In this document: in pieces, positions 39,557-51,569 of the stretch
Layout: each line of letters begins with the position of its first letter
How positions within the stretch are numbered: position 1 is the stretch's first letter
Notes under the pieces: generated by a model
Databases searched by the model: none
Told to the model about the DNA's origin: nothing
Seen by the model: the letters and a program-made list of their open reading frames with translations, nothing else
Source of the DNA: Glycera tridactyla
Taxonomy: Eukaryota
Assembly (NCBI GenBank): GCA_965644265.1
Contig: OZ286463.1
Location: 38,440,001 to 38,504,000, forward strand
Direction: 5' to 3'
Length of the DNA: 64,000 nucleotides
Position numbers and translations under genes: made by a program

Positions 39557-40238
39557 NNNNNNNNNNNNNNNNNNNNNNNNNNNNNNNNNNNNNNNNNNNN
39601 NNNNNNNNNNNNNNNNNNNNNNNNNNNNNNNNNNNNNNNNNNNNNNNNNNNNNNNNNNNNNNNNNNNNNNNNNNNNNNNNNNNNNNNNNNNNNNNNNNNN
39701 NNNNNNNNNNNNNNNNNNNNNNNNNNNNNNNNNNNNNNNNNNNNNNNNNNNNNNNNNNNNNNNNNNNNNNNNNNNNNNNNNNNNNNNNNNNNNNNNNNNN
39801 NNNNNNNNNNNNNNNNNNNNNNNNNNNNNNNNNNNNNNNNNNNNNNNNNNNNNNNNNNNNNNNNNNNNNNNNNNNNNNNNNNNNNNNNNNNNNNNNNNNN
39901 NNNNNNNNNNNNNNNNNNNNNNNNNNNNNNNNNNNNNNNNNNNNNNNNNNNNNNNNNNNNNNNNNNNNNNNNNNNNNNNNNNNNNNNNNNNNNNNNNNNN
40001 NNNNNNNNNNNNNNNNNNNNNNNNNNNNNNNNNNNNNNNNNNNNNNNNNNNNNNNNNNNNNNNNNNNNNNNNNNNNNNNNNNNNNNNNNNNNNNNNNNNN
40101 NNNNNNNNNNNNNNNNNNNNNNNNNNNNNNNNNNNNNNNNNNNNNNNNNNNNNNNNNNNNNNNNNNNNNNNNNNNNNNNNNNNNNNNNNNNNNNNNNNNN
40201 NNNNNNNNNNNNNNNNNNNNNNNNNNNNNNNNNNNNNN
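39557..40238. other. Assembly gap (N run)
   Basis: 682 N. Confidence 1.
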
Positions 40239-40699
40239 CAAAACATCGGCATGTCTCATGTGTCCTTGCCTGTTCATCATGTCACTGAGAAGAATTAGTC
40301 TGAAGAAGTCAGCGTGTGTGCATTTGTGTCAGGGTGAAGTAATACACTTGTTGAAATGGAGAAACCAAGTTTGGGTATTAGCAATACCGTTTGCAGAGAG
40401 GTAAAATTAAGGCTCAGAGTTGGAATAGTTGAGAAGTTACGAAGAATTCAGCTTTGAGATAACTTGAACATTTACCAGTCTTGTGTACTGGACAAGAGAT
40501 GTACCATATACTTGAATCGGGAATAACATGCCCTGATCTCTGTGCACTGTTTGATAACACAAGCAGTAACTTATGAACGCGATCGAAGAGAACAAACCAA
40601 TTGAGCCTGCCATCCTCGAAAGGAGTTCACCGCCGTTGTTGATCACCGATGTGAGAGCCATGAAATGTGAGACCACTGTGTAAACTATTCTCATATTGA

Positions 40700-41240
40700 G
40701 GGACAAATATCAACAAATCATGATTGTAGAACGTCTCATAATGACTCCTTGAGAGAGTAATCGGCGCATTGAGAAACAAATGATGAATCGGAGGCGAGTA
40801 TGATGAAATGATGGATGGAGTGATCGATCATAGGTTGAAGTAACAAGATAATACATAATGAGACATTTTCTTGGTGTAACGCCTCGTCAAAATGTGTTAG
40901 TGCTGCAAGTTCACTGTATTCAAAATGTGCTTCTTGTAGCTGACAGGTGTAGATAGTGACATCTAGCGACTGTTTTCTGGTCGGCTTCAAACTAACCACA
41001 TCAGCTACCTTATCTATTGATCATGTCAGGAATATGTCCAGTGCTTTCACATACTCTTGCTCTCAGCAAAATATAGGTTTCATCCGATCATTATGACTGC
41101 TTCCACCAGGATTCTTTCTGAGTTGTGTTTTGCTGAAACTTCAGCATACGCCAATCCTCGGCAGAATTTGATTGCGGCTCACTGGCACATCGGCGAATCA
41201 ATTTCGACATTCAAACTGTGATTATTTGACCACTTAACAT
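40700..41240 (-). mobile_element. Possible LINE RT C-terminal fragment
   Basis: The minus strand reads VKWSNNHSLNV (W..n.L.lN-like) and HFEYS; weak. Confidence 0.33.
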
Positions 41241-41599
41241 AACATAACATAACATAACTTTTCATAACTGCTCATCACAACAGAGGGTGTATCATCTGCG
41301 CGTGAGTGCCGATATCAATAATTCGTCATAACATGTCTATTACTCCCTGTAACAAGTACATAGTCTCTGGACATTAGGAAGACTAAGTCTCACAGTGATG
41401 ATAGTTCTAACACTGCGAGATAGTCAACTGCAGAAAAGCTCTAACGAGATCGAGCATCATTTCTTATCTGACAAAGGTTAATAATAGTCATGGAGGCGAT
41501 ACTTACACGACAAGGAGGAGGTTGCAGTTCTAAAGGACGGTCATTTCAGGTCACTATTGCCCGATTGATGAATGATTTTCTTCCTTTTTCAATGTGGAG

Positions 41600-42095
41600 T
41601 CTTGGCACCAACATCCCCCCATGTTGCAGATGTCTTGCGCGCATTGTTTCTCTGTCATAATCTGGTATGTATGCCAAGAAGGCATCGTACAGGTCTGCTG
41701 AAGTCTCCTTATTTCAAATCTTCAAGGTTTCGAGGAGATGTTGTTTCTCCCTGATCACCGACTTAGAAGATTACACTGCCATAGTAAGGTGTCATTTGGA
41801 ACATGCACACCTGATATTGCCATGGTTCAGAGCAGTTCATTAAATACTCTGCCTAATTTGTCCAACTTGGACTTGCACCCTCCTCCATGAATACAATTAG
41901 CATAATTTACAGGTGTTACAAGCAGGGACAGAGCGAGCTGTCTGGCGGTTGCCAGGTCCATTAGCCACCTGTTGCATCTTAATAGAGCAGTTCTAAATCT
42001 CGAATGCCTTGTCAATTTAGAGATGTGCACATCAAAACTTGCGGTTTGATCCAGATGTACTCCCAAGTATTTTGTGGACGATACTTGCTCCAAGA
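41600..42095 (-). mobile_element. L2-type LINE RT C-terminal fragment
   Basis: ORF 41827-42150 reads QVSSTKYLGVHLDQTASFDVHISKL...LLVTPVNYANCIHGGGCKSKLDKL. Confidence 0.75.
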
Positions 42096-42096
42096 A

Positions 42097-42940
42097 CCCA
42101 TTAGTGACGGGTGTCACTTTTAACTCGAACACACCGACGGTGGGTGTCACACGGACAGGCTAGCACGAGCACGTCAGTGACGGATGTCACACAGACGGTC
42201 TGTCTCATCAGTACGAGTCCATTAATGAAAGATACTGCACAGACAGGATGGCTGGTCAAGCTTAATTCCACATTGATACGATGCTTGGTCAGTCACATCA
42301 AGTACGAACCCATCAGTGATGGATGGCAGGTCAGTCTCATCAACACAGGTCCATCAGTGGCTGATGTCAATGTCACACAGACAGGCTAGTAGGTCAGTCT
42401 TATCATTTTCAGTCAATCAGTGACGGATGTCACACCGACAGGCGAACTGGCTAGCCTCTTCAGCATGTGCCCATCGGAGACTAGTGTCACACAGGCAGGC
42501 CAGTAGGCCAGTCTCATCTTCTCGGGCCCATCAGTGACGGATGCCACACAGACAGGATAACCGGCTAGTCTATTGAACATGTGACCATCAGTGTCACACA
42601 GATGGGCTAGTAGGTCAGTCTCATCATCTCGAGCCCATCAGTGACGGATGTCACACAGACAGGCTAACTGGCTAGTCTCTTCAAACGTGCCCATCAGTGA
42701 CAGATGTCACACAGTTAGGTTAGTAGGTCAGTCTCATGATCTCGAGCCCATCAGTGACTTGTGTCACACGGATAGGTTAGTAGGTCAGTCTCATCATCTC
42801 GAGCCCATCAGTGACTTGTGTCACACGGACAGGTTAGTAGGTCAGTCACATCATAACGAGCCCATCAGTGACAGATGTCACACAGGCAGACTAGCGGGCT
42901 AATCTCTTCGTGCCCATCAGTGACTGGTGCCCATCAGTGA
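42097..42940. repeat. Minisatellite of about 57-bp units (two alternating subtypes)
   Basis: CCATCAGTGAC-headed units start at about 42351, 42414, 42471, 42528, 42585, 42635, 42691, 42748, 42805 and 42862, with degenerate copies from 42097. Confidence 0.92.
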
Positions 42941-45096
42941 TCATTTGACCACTCACCTCCACATTTGACCTGTGTGATTCTGTGACCACTGAAATTACAG
43001 CTGACGGCTGTTGACGCTTCTTGTGCAATGGTCTGGTCATGTACTTGAAATGAAATAGACAACTGCTCTACTAATCTATTCTTACATGTGATGGTGTGGA
43101 CACCTGCTGTCATGATCAGATCATGCATGGGGCGTGATATATGTGACAGCTGCCATTATCTTTTCATGCAGATGCATGATGGAGGTAACTACGGCCATTA
43201 TCTGTCCTAGCATGGGCCTTGATCTATATGACACTGAAGGATATATTTCTCTTTCTCTGGCTTGCGTGACTAGAGATCAGGATTCTGCTATTACCATGGC
43301 TTTTATATGTAATCTGCCATTCTCAAGCCATAATGCCATGTACGCGGTACCTAATTCATGAATATATTCAATGCATCGGTCCAGGTTGCGACTGGACATA
43401 CTTCAACCATTCTATTTTGAGATCTTTCAGCAAGTCGAGGTATGGAGGAATGATCTGTCTCTTATCCGCCCTCCCACATACACCAATGACGTATAACGAA
43501 GTTCAGAAGAACATGGGAACGCTGGCCAGCGTATTTTATGAATGACATTCCATGGAGCAAACATGATCTGGTAATAGTCGAAGAATTCCTATTTCGTATC
43601 CATAGTCATTGCATCCAGCTGTGACTACATCGGTAACAGGTGCCGAAGATTCGCCTCCAACAACAGGCAATTCCACAACGTGGGGCATACGCTCCAACCA
43701 ACTATCCACGAATGTTGATTGTTTTAAAATAGTTTGAACCGATACGAAAAAGAGTGCGGGGGAATTACCAAGTGACGTCAATCCGAAAGAGGTACCAGAA
43801 TCGACAGCAGAACCAAAACCGAGTCAGCGAAACATGAGATATCACACGACTAACTGGCTATTTTGTCGATATATGTAGCAAAATGCAGGGATTGGAGATG
43901 ACCTTCAGGTGTGAAATGTGTCCAGAATCTTCACAGATCTGCGTGATTTTTTTTTTATCTCGACGCGTGCCTTTCCCGCAAGCGAGGTCATTCAATCTAT
44001 CCAGACTCCTGTTCGGTATGGTCCATCATCAATGTATCTTTCCCTACCATTTATTCGATTGATAACCCTTCCTGACTCGGGGACTGGGGAAGTAGATCTC
44101 ATTAGCATGTCCACCAAAACACCTGAACTATTCCCATGGCCTATGAATCACACTTGAAAGGGATTGTCTAACAACTCCTTCCGGACCACGCAAGTTGCGC
44201 ATTGAAAGCACTCTTCCGGGCTGAATTATTCAGGTACAACGCATCAAGCAGAACACTAGTTTTTATGCTCCACCCTGACAAGTCCATCCTCGAAAACACG
44301 TTTATTTCCATGTGTGTGACATTCCATGCGTGTGACATTCACGGGTCTTGCTGGATCCGGCTCACTAAAATGCCAATCTTTTAAGATCTCCTGATCCGAT
44401 ATGGCTATCCTTCTACCACCAGAATGCCCGGTATGAAATCTCAATGTAACAAACTGTGTGGTAACATTTCCCGAAAACCATGACCAATCGATCCACCGGC
44501 TGCCAGGTGAACAGAGAATTATTGACAAAAGAGAGTGACAAAGAGAGAGTGAGATCGCTAAGATTAGATGGAAGAGGAACCTGTCGATGTCTGTCACATT
44601 ACAACAGTGACATATGTAAGGATGGCCTTTGGATGCACAAGCCCCAAACAGATAAACTGGGCAATTAAAGCAATCTAATTTACTGATAGGTTTTTCAAAT
44701 AGTGTCACTGCTCATACACAATCGTCTCCTCATGTTCACATCATCAGTGCCTTGGGAAATCCTATTGTTGGTCAATAAGACTTGAATTATACCATTCAAT
44801 TTCTTTTTCGCCTTGCCTCACCCTTTTATAGCCTCAGGGAAAAATCGAAGCCATATCATTGAACGAGAAGGTGGATGGGTGAGGATTAGCAAGTAGGCGG
44901 GGAATAATGATTTGTGACGTGTTTTTGTGCATATAACTCCAAACCAGCATGTCTATGTCTGTGGGGCCATGGGTGTGATTTATGATCGTCACAAACGGTG
45001 AACTCTCCACTGCATGCCTTAACCCTGTTGTTTTTAATAGTGATGTAGACAGAACACTGCTCACACGAATAGGGATCCAAATTATCCCAGACACTT

Positions 45097-45171
45097 TAGT
45101 CCAGTCAATAAACAGTTGAGGTTCAACAAAATTGTCAGAAAAGGTTTTTCAATGGATTTCACTTCTTTGAC
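45097..45171 (+). repeat. Academ left TIR (12 bp + 9-nt spacer + 54 bp)
   Basis: Direct alignment to the reverse complement of 51485-51569. Confidence 0.95.
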
Positions 45172-45196
45172 ACCTCCTAATTGAAAGAAAAAAAGT

Positions 45197-45530
45197 TTAC
45201 CAAAATTTGACTTGGGCAACAGTCCCAAAAATGGCCAAATCCAAGATGGCTGCTATAAAAATGTCCAAAAACCAGAAAATGCAATAATTTTGGTACCAAC
45301 CAGGATAGCAACATGTTTAATGGGTCTATTCATATCTCCTTCCAATGAGCAATACAATGGCATGATCATTTTTAGAAAAAATCTTACCAAAATAGGCTTA
45401 ATCCAAGATGGCGGCCATCAAAATGTGAAAAAAAAATGAGAAAATGAGATAAATATGGTACCAATCAAGATAAAAACATGCTTGAAGGGTCTGGTCCTAT
45501 CTACTTGTGATAAGCATTGTAGTGGTATAA
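45197..45530 (+). repeat. Academ subterminal diverged direct repeats with AATCCAAGATGGC(T/G)GC motifs
   Basis: The motif is at 45238-45253 and 45400-45416, each followed by similar TGGTACCAA...ACATG segments. Confidence 0.7.
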
Positions 45531-45964
45531 TCATCTGTGATGACAATCTCACAATAATCTCTAAAAAATATGGGAAAATAGCAAATTATTAGTAAAATGT
45601 GATAGTTGTACCATGGAATGGTCTTCATACTACTGTACAACCTTCGTCTTCTATTACTTTCATGTTGAAATATGAAACTGCAATTAGTTCTGTACCTAAT
45701 TTCAAAATGGGACAGTTGCTGAATAGCAACCAATGCAATGACGTTGGTTGCCACATAGAAGAATGAGAAACATTGAAATCCCTTCCCTTCATTCAAAAAC
45801 AGTGACAAAATTGAATATAAAACTAAAATCCACTATGTGAATATCCCAACAATTGCCTAGTCATAAATGTACAGTGTGAATTTATGAAACAAACACGTTG
45901 TTCAGAAGATGGAAAGAAATCAAATTTTCATTCTACTATGCAAGTCTGATATCAGTATAGCCTG

Positions 45965-48900
45965 TCAAGCAGGCGGGCTTGGCTTGCAGGTGGACGGTAC
46001 AGCCAGTACAGTAAGATCATCATCACTATCATGTAAATCATGATTTCTTGCATTCATGCATGTGACCCCTTTACAATCACCACATGCCATGGTACATTGC
46101 AATCCATTTTTTCTGCTGGAGCAAGTGTTTTTGTCACATTTACCAGTGCAGTCTTCAACAAAGATGCTGGTGCGGCAACTTGGTCCATCCGATGTGGCTT
46201 CAAGACACATCCTTGAAGAGATTTCTGAAGATCCCAGCCCCAATTGGTCGGCTCTAAGTCATTGCCTAACCAGGATTGCACCTGGAGGTAGACTCTTTGG
46301 GTATGGAATTTAGCGGAATCTGATGTTGGAGGGAGACGCTCAGGAGGCAGATAGGATGAGCTGGATACAACTTCCTCAGTGAATTTCAATGCACGTTCCA
46401 AATTAAGATCCCATCCATTGACAGAACCATATAATATTGCAATGGCTCGATTTCAAGACTTCTCCAAGCTTTCACGGCTTACATCTGCAGCCATGAAAAG
46501 TTTTGCAGCCTCCTTCAACTCAGCATATTTTCCTACAGCAGAAACTTTACCGATGCCATATGGCCTTGATGTCGTGTCACAGCCAGACAATGCATGGATA
46601 AAGAGCAATGAATGGCTAAGGTCAGGGTCCAGGTTTTTCCGTAAGATAGAAATGTCAATGAGCTTTGTGCTCGTCTGGAGATTGTCTCAGGTTCAGTAGG
46701 ATTGAAGTGCTGCTGGAGTAGAATGAGCAGGTCTGTGTCATCCCCTACAACAACCACTGGCCTCCTCACAGCAATAGAACAGGCAGCCATTGTAATGTCA
46801 TAGTCAGCATCACCAGATGAGTGTTGAACTTGAATTCCTTTTTCTTTCTCCAGCACAGACCCCAGGAGAAAGATGAACTGCTGTTTGTTCTTGGGATTTG
46901 CCAGAAAAGGCTCCTTTTTTCATAGTTAGCATCATGTTTGGGCCAACATTGACCTTCACTCCAATGTCGCAACCAGCTCTCCTCTGATGAGTCTCATCTT
47001 TAGTGGAAGGACCACCACCATATCCATCAAAGATAATGAGTGATTCACTGGAGTGGTTGTGGATGAACCTGACATACATATAACAAATTTCAGCATATGT
47101 TGCAAACTTGGGCCAAGTGAGACGCTGAAGCATTGCCCCTCCATCAATAACATACATGACACCAATGGGCAATTCCTCAGTCACACACATTGGTACCTTT
47201 TTGATCAGTCCATTCTGAAGATCAGCCTTGTCTGACAGTCACATGAACAGCTTGGAATCAGATAAGGAGGGTGGATAGGAACACAGCTCATATTGAAGGA
47301 GGCTATGGATCTCAATACTCCCAATGCTGGCAACCAGAAGGCATTGATACAGCTGTTGAGGATTGATCTCAATCTAAACATTGTCAACTGACACATACAC
47401 AGAGGAAGCCAATGTATGGACCTGGTCTTTCTTGGAGAATTTGTATTTTGAAACTGATACTCCTTCCATGGATCCAAGGATTGCAATTCCAATATCTTTG
47501 GCAGAGTCAACACTAACCGACCTCTCAGCGATGACACCTGATGACAGGCTCCATAGTTCACTTGTCTTTTTCTCTCTTCAAGATAATTTAAAATAGTTTG
47601 AAGGTCTTCGGAATCACACTTGCGTCTTGCCTGTGTGAGGTCTTTATGCACTTGTTCTGTATCATCGCTGATCAGTCCTGTAACACTTTGCATTGCCCGG
47701 TTTACATCTGCACAAACAGGAGCTGATAGAAGCCAGACTAGACTGGTTGACTCTTCAAAACCCTGTCCTCTTGTCAGCCCACCAGCTGACTTCAAGCTAC
47801 CTATTAAAACCTGTTTTATATACAGATCACTGAATATTCCTGCCCAGTGAGCATCACTACAACGGAGTACAAACAGTCCTTCCATAAATTTGACATATAC
47901 TGTTCAGTGTGTCTCCTCCAGTTTCTCCATCTTTTCAAGGTAAAGGACAAGAGATTTTGTGTAGTTGTTACGACCAGATGCAGCAAGGTATGGGAGTATT
48001 TCATGCAGTGATTGGAGGTATAATTTCCAATTGCCTAGCCGGGCTGACTGAATGAGGGATCAGAGATGGCTGATCAAGCGCATATACATCAGCCACAGCT
48101 TGGATGTGCGATACAATTCCATTGATGAAGTCCACTCTTCTATTACTGTCTGCAGTTGTACAATGACATCAGATGCAAGGGCTTCATTCAGAGCCATTTT
48201 CCCTTCCTTGACTTTCAACATCAATTCATCGTCATTCAACAAGAGCGGATGTACCCCCACACTTGAATCTGGAAGTAAACATCATCGAAAGTGCAGTGTC
48301 AATGGCACAGTGGCAAGTTTGGGAATCATTTAATGTCATTTAATCCATTCCGACATGCATTCGGATGAACAATATTATATTGTGGAGATCAGCCACATTG
48401 CTTCGTGAACATTTTGAGAATTGATGGAATCTGAGTCTACTGCATTGATTGCATAAATGACAGACATGCATATTTCAAAGTAGCTCAGGACTTCTCCTTG
48501 TATGACATTCCCAGCAGCTACATACTGTCAGCTTTGTCCTCCTGAAGCTGGATAAAAGAAAAAAAACATCTCCCGGAATCATACAAGAATAATCACTCCT
48601 GATTATAAATAGCAAAGATGTGTATGTAAGAAATTGAAGATCTAACAAGCAAGTAGATTCCCATCACTACTAAGAGTAGGAAATACTGACAGCATATATA
48701 GACACTAGATGTAATCCACTTTCAGTGAAATGTTATGTACAGTGATTTTGTGAAAGTCAGGATGTTGCTAGCCCAGGAACAATTTCCCAGATTTAACAAA
48801 TATTACCTTCAGTGTTTTCTTCAGGCCTGCTTGGGGATGAAGGTGATTCTGCAGGATGATCAAACACTTTCAACAGCTGAATGCCAAACATGTGGGAGAT

Positions 48901-50937
48901 GGCAATAGCATTGAGTGCACAATCAACTAAAAGGTATGCCCTCACAGCACGAGCCACTGCCGTCCCTGACAACATCTGGTCAACACTCCCTTCAGCATAC
49001 ACTCGAGTGATGATTTCTTTCAGACCAGATCCAGCCATCAAACTTCCAATCGTATCTAAGAAGCTCATCTCTGTATGGAATCCTCCCAAGACTAAGATCA
49101 TCTGGTGTAATGGACTCTCAGCTGGTTGTGATTTGATGATCATGTATGCAATCTACCATAGCTGCTGGTTGAATGTAACAATTGGTGTTACTTTATGCTG
49201 CTTCGCATGGTCAACAATATACTCGAGCATTGATCTAACACATATTGGATCAGTGGGTTTTAGATTGATGATCGGCAGAAAGACTTCAGAACTTTTACCC
49301 GGATGTGGAATGTCTGAATGGAGCATTTGCATAGTTCCTGACCACATTGGACTACATCTGGGAAAATTGAGTGATACACGCCAAAGAATGTCTAGTTTGT
49401 AACACAAGTTTTGTGTATATAATACTGTCCTGTACTGTCTTTGGGTTCACTTGTGGTACCAATTCAATGTGCCCAATTTTTTTCAGGTCATCAAGATTCA
49501 CCTTCACACGTGATATGCATTGTGTTGCTTCTATGCCAGGAGTGAATGTTACCATTTGTCCCATCACATGTATTGAACCGCTACCATCAAGGGTTAGGCT
49601 AGCGGATCTATATCATCAGCTTGATATTGCATGAATGTGTCCGCTATCTTATCTGTCAAGTCAACACCTTGAGCATTTTGTCTGTATATTGTTGACTCAT
49701 TATAGGATGCACAAAAGCCCAATTTGGCAAGCAAATCCACCAAATCACGATGACCATATTTGTGTGCAAGTGTCACACTCAATCCAATCTGCAGAGGAAG
49801 TAAAAATGAAAGTGTACATGTTGATTGCATTATTGCCTGGCCAAATGATGCAGTATGTAGTTTCGAATTCTGACTTCTGATGATGGTCTGAAGGAGAAGC
49901 CTTAGAGAATGTGGAAGGTAATCAAGATTTGAGTCTATCAATACGATCTGTTCAGTTTCTGGATACTGATTTCCATGTTCGTCCATATTTCTTATTCCCA
50001 TACGGATATACTCCCCAACCACTTTGATCAAGCCATCCATATTTGATTCATTGACAGTAGAAGCCTTTTCATGTGGTTCTTGTATGAGATGTTTGAGATT
50101 CGATGAGAGAGTGACTATATTAGGCTGCTGGTTGATAGTGGTTATGGAAACCTTGTCACCAAAGTGATTCATCAGTTCTCTTTTGAGCTGAATTGGGGTA
50201 TAGACCTCATCGTCACCTAGTCCACTTTGTGATTTCATAATCATATGTAATCTGTCCAAGGTGATGGTCTCATCATCGTTATCTTTGAGGTATTGAACTG
50301 CGATCTCAAATGCAGCCATCTTCAACATGTTCTTTGGACATCCAAGTTATTGTTTTTTTGTTGGTGTCTCCTCTTCCTTGTAATAGAATGCAGGAATAGT
50401 CTTTCCTGCATGAAAATTGCTGTCACAATCATGATGATAGATTGCTTCCTCAGCAGGGAGATCATTGATTGTCATAATCCTTGACTCCACCATCACTGCC
50501 CAGCTATCATTTTTTTCAGAGCATTGAGCTTAGATATTCTCTTGGACTTCAAGGACCATCACGTGACTGAATTGGAGCATACTTCTCTCTGGGTGTTTTT
50601 TCACAGCAACCATGTCCACAGTGTTGCCGCAGAGAAAACAGTGAGTTCGGAAGTTGAATTCTCCAACATGTGAGCGCAGCGTCTTGTGATCCGTCTCTGA
50701 CTCATCAGATGATCTTCGTTTTTCATTGTACATTATTGTTTTGGCATTTGTGTGATTTTCGCGACACTTCTTGTGTACATAAAAGGAACAATTATCATCA
50801 TAAGCAATGTCCGGAGCATCCATGTTTCTCAGTCCATTTGCTCTATTTGTGCCATCACAACCTTTACGCCCCGACTTAGAATAGGCCTCAGCCTGGCTCA
50901 AGTCAATTGGTCTTTGACACAGAACACATGCGGCCAT
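45965..50937 (-). pseudogene. Academ transposase/XPG-nuclease polyprotein, disrupted
   Basis: From ATG 50937: two CxxC...HxxC motifs; ADDID/TLDGSGSIHVMG; FLPIIN; TFNQQLW; LGGFH; GNWKLYL; SDLYIKQ...KSAGGLTRG; YELCSYPPSL; VIDGG; IFDGY; GDAD; VGDDTD; HALSGCDTTSRPYGIGK (GCDTTS at 46567-46584); RLPPT; WGW; C-terminal Cys cluster. More than ten stops or frameshifts. Confidence 0.88.
48269..48806 (-). other. Probable spliceosomal intron (538 nt) within the Academ ORF
   Basis: Donor GAAG|GTAATA at 48806 and acceptor TTTACTTCCAG|AT at 48269; splicing joins ...ENTE to DSSVGVHPL... in frame (both sites phase 1); the interval is AT-rich with no homologous coding motif. Confidence 0.6.
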
Positions 50938-51484
50938 CTTTGATCTACTGGGTGCAGCTCACTTTCACAAAATTAGACATCTGCAAAAAGTGAGATGAAC
51001 TCATATGTTATCATTTGTATGACAGACATATAGGAGGTGAGATAAATCATGACATTGATTCACTTGAATGCAGGCAGGTTCTTGTAACAACACTTTTTTG
51101 GGAACATGTATGACTCCCACCCAACCGCCAACAAATTCATCTTTCTGTTTCACAATTGATATCAAAAAATAATACATGGATCAGATCATATGCAATTAAT
51201 GTTGTGGACTTATATTGTGCACACAATGGTTGACACTGAAATTCGTCTTCACAGGCATGATGAGTCAGTCCACATGCATGTTGAATTCTGGGTGCAAACT
51301 CCACATTCTGTGCCTACTGAGTAACCCCAAGTTGATGATATTTTGATGGGAAGCCAGTTCTGCACATTGAAGATATAATTGATGGAAGAATTGATATGTT
51401 GGAGTGAAGGATTTCAGACATATATCAAGCTTATGCCAATCAAGAGCCTCAATTTTTGGTAATTTTTTCCATAACTTCTGATAA

Positions 51485-51569
51485 GTCGAAGAAATGATAT
51501 CCATTGAGAAACCTTTTCTGACAATTTTGTTGAACCTCCTTGTTTTTTTCACCTTCGTTGACTGGACTA
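51485..51569 (-). repeat. Academ right TIR (12 bp + 19-nt spacer + 54 bp)
   Basis: Direct alignment to 45097-45171. Confidence 0.95.

Larger units (their letters stand above)
45097..51569 (-). mobile_element. Academ (AcademX, XPG-type) DNA transposon, complete ends, inactivated
   Basis: Identical 12-bp termini TAGTCCAGTCAA at both ends; a 54-bp inner inverted block (50/54 identical); flanks ACTT (45093-45096) and ACTC (51570-51573); encloses a long transposase + XPG/FEN1-like nuclease + Cys-rich ORF. Established knowledge: AcademX encodes a transposase, an XPG domain and a Cys8 finger and makes 3-4-bp TSDs. Confidence 0.85.

Noticed and set aside
39389-40404. Long ORFs of 247-287 aa
   Set aside because: They are mostly X from the N gap, as are those at 13097-13431, 22464-22775 and 56161-56976; only the RT part at 39389-39556 is meaningful.
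45965-47200. Host FEN1/XPG/EXO1 or tesmin-like CXC gene
   Set aside because: It is collinear with transposase motifs in one disrupted ORF enclosed by TIRs and a TSD, so it is part of the Academ element. The frameshifts also rule out domestication of this copy.
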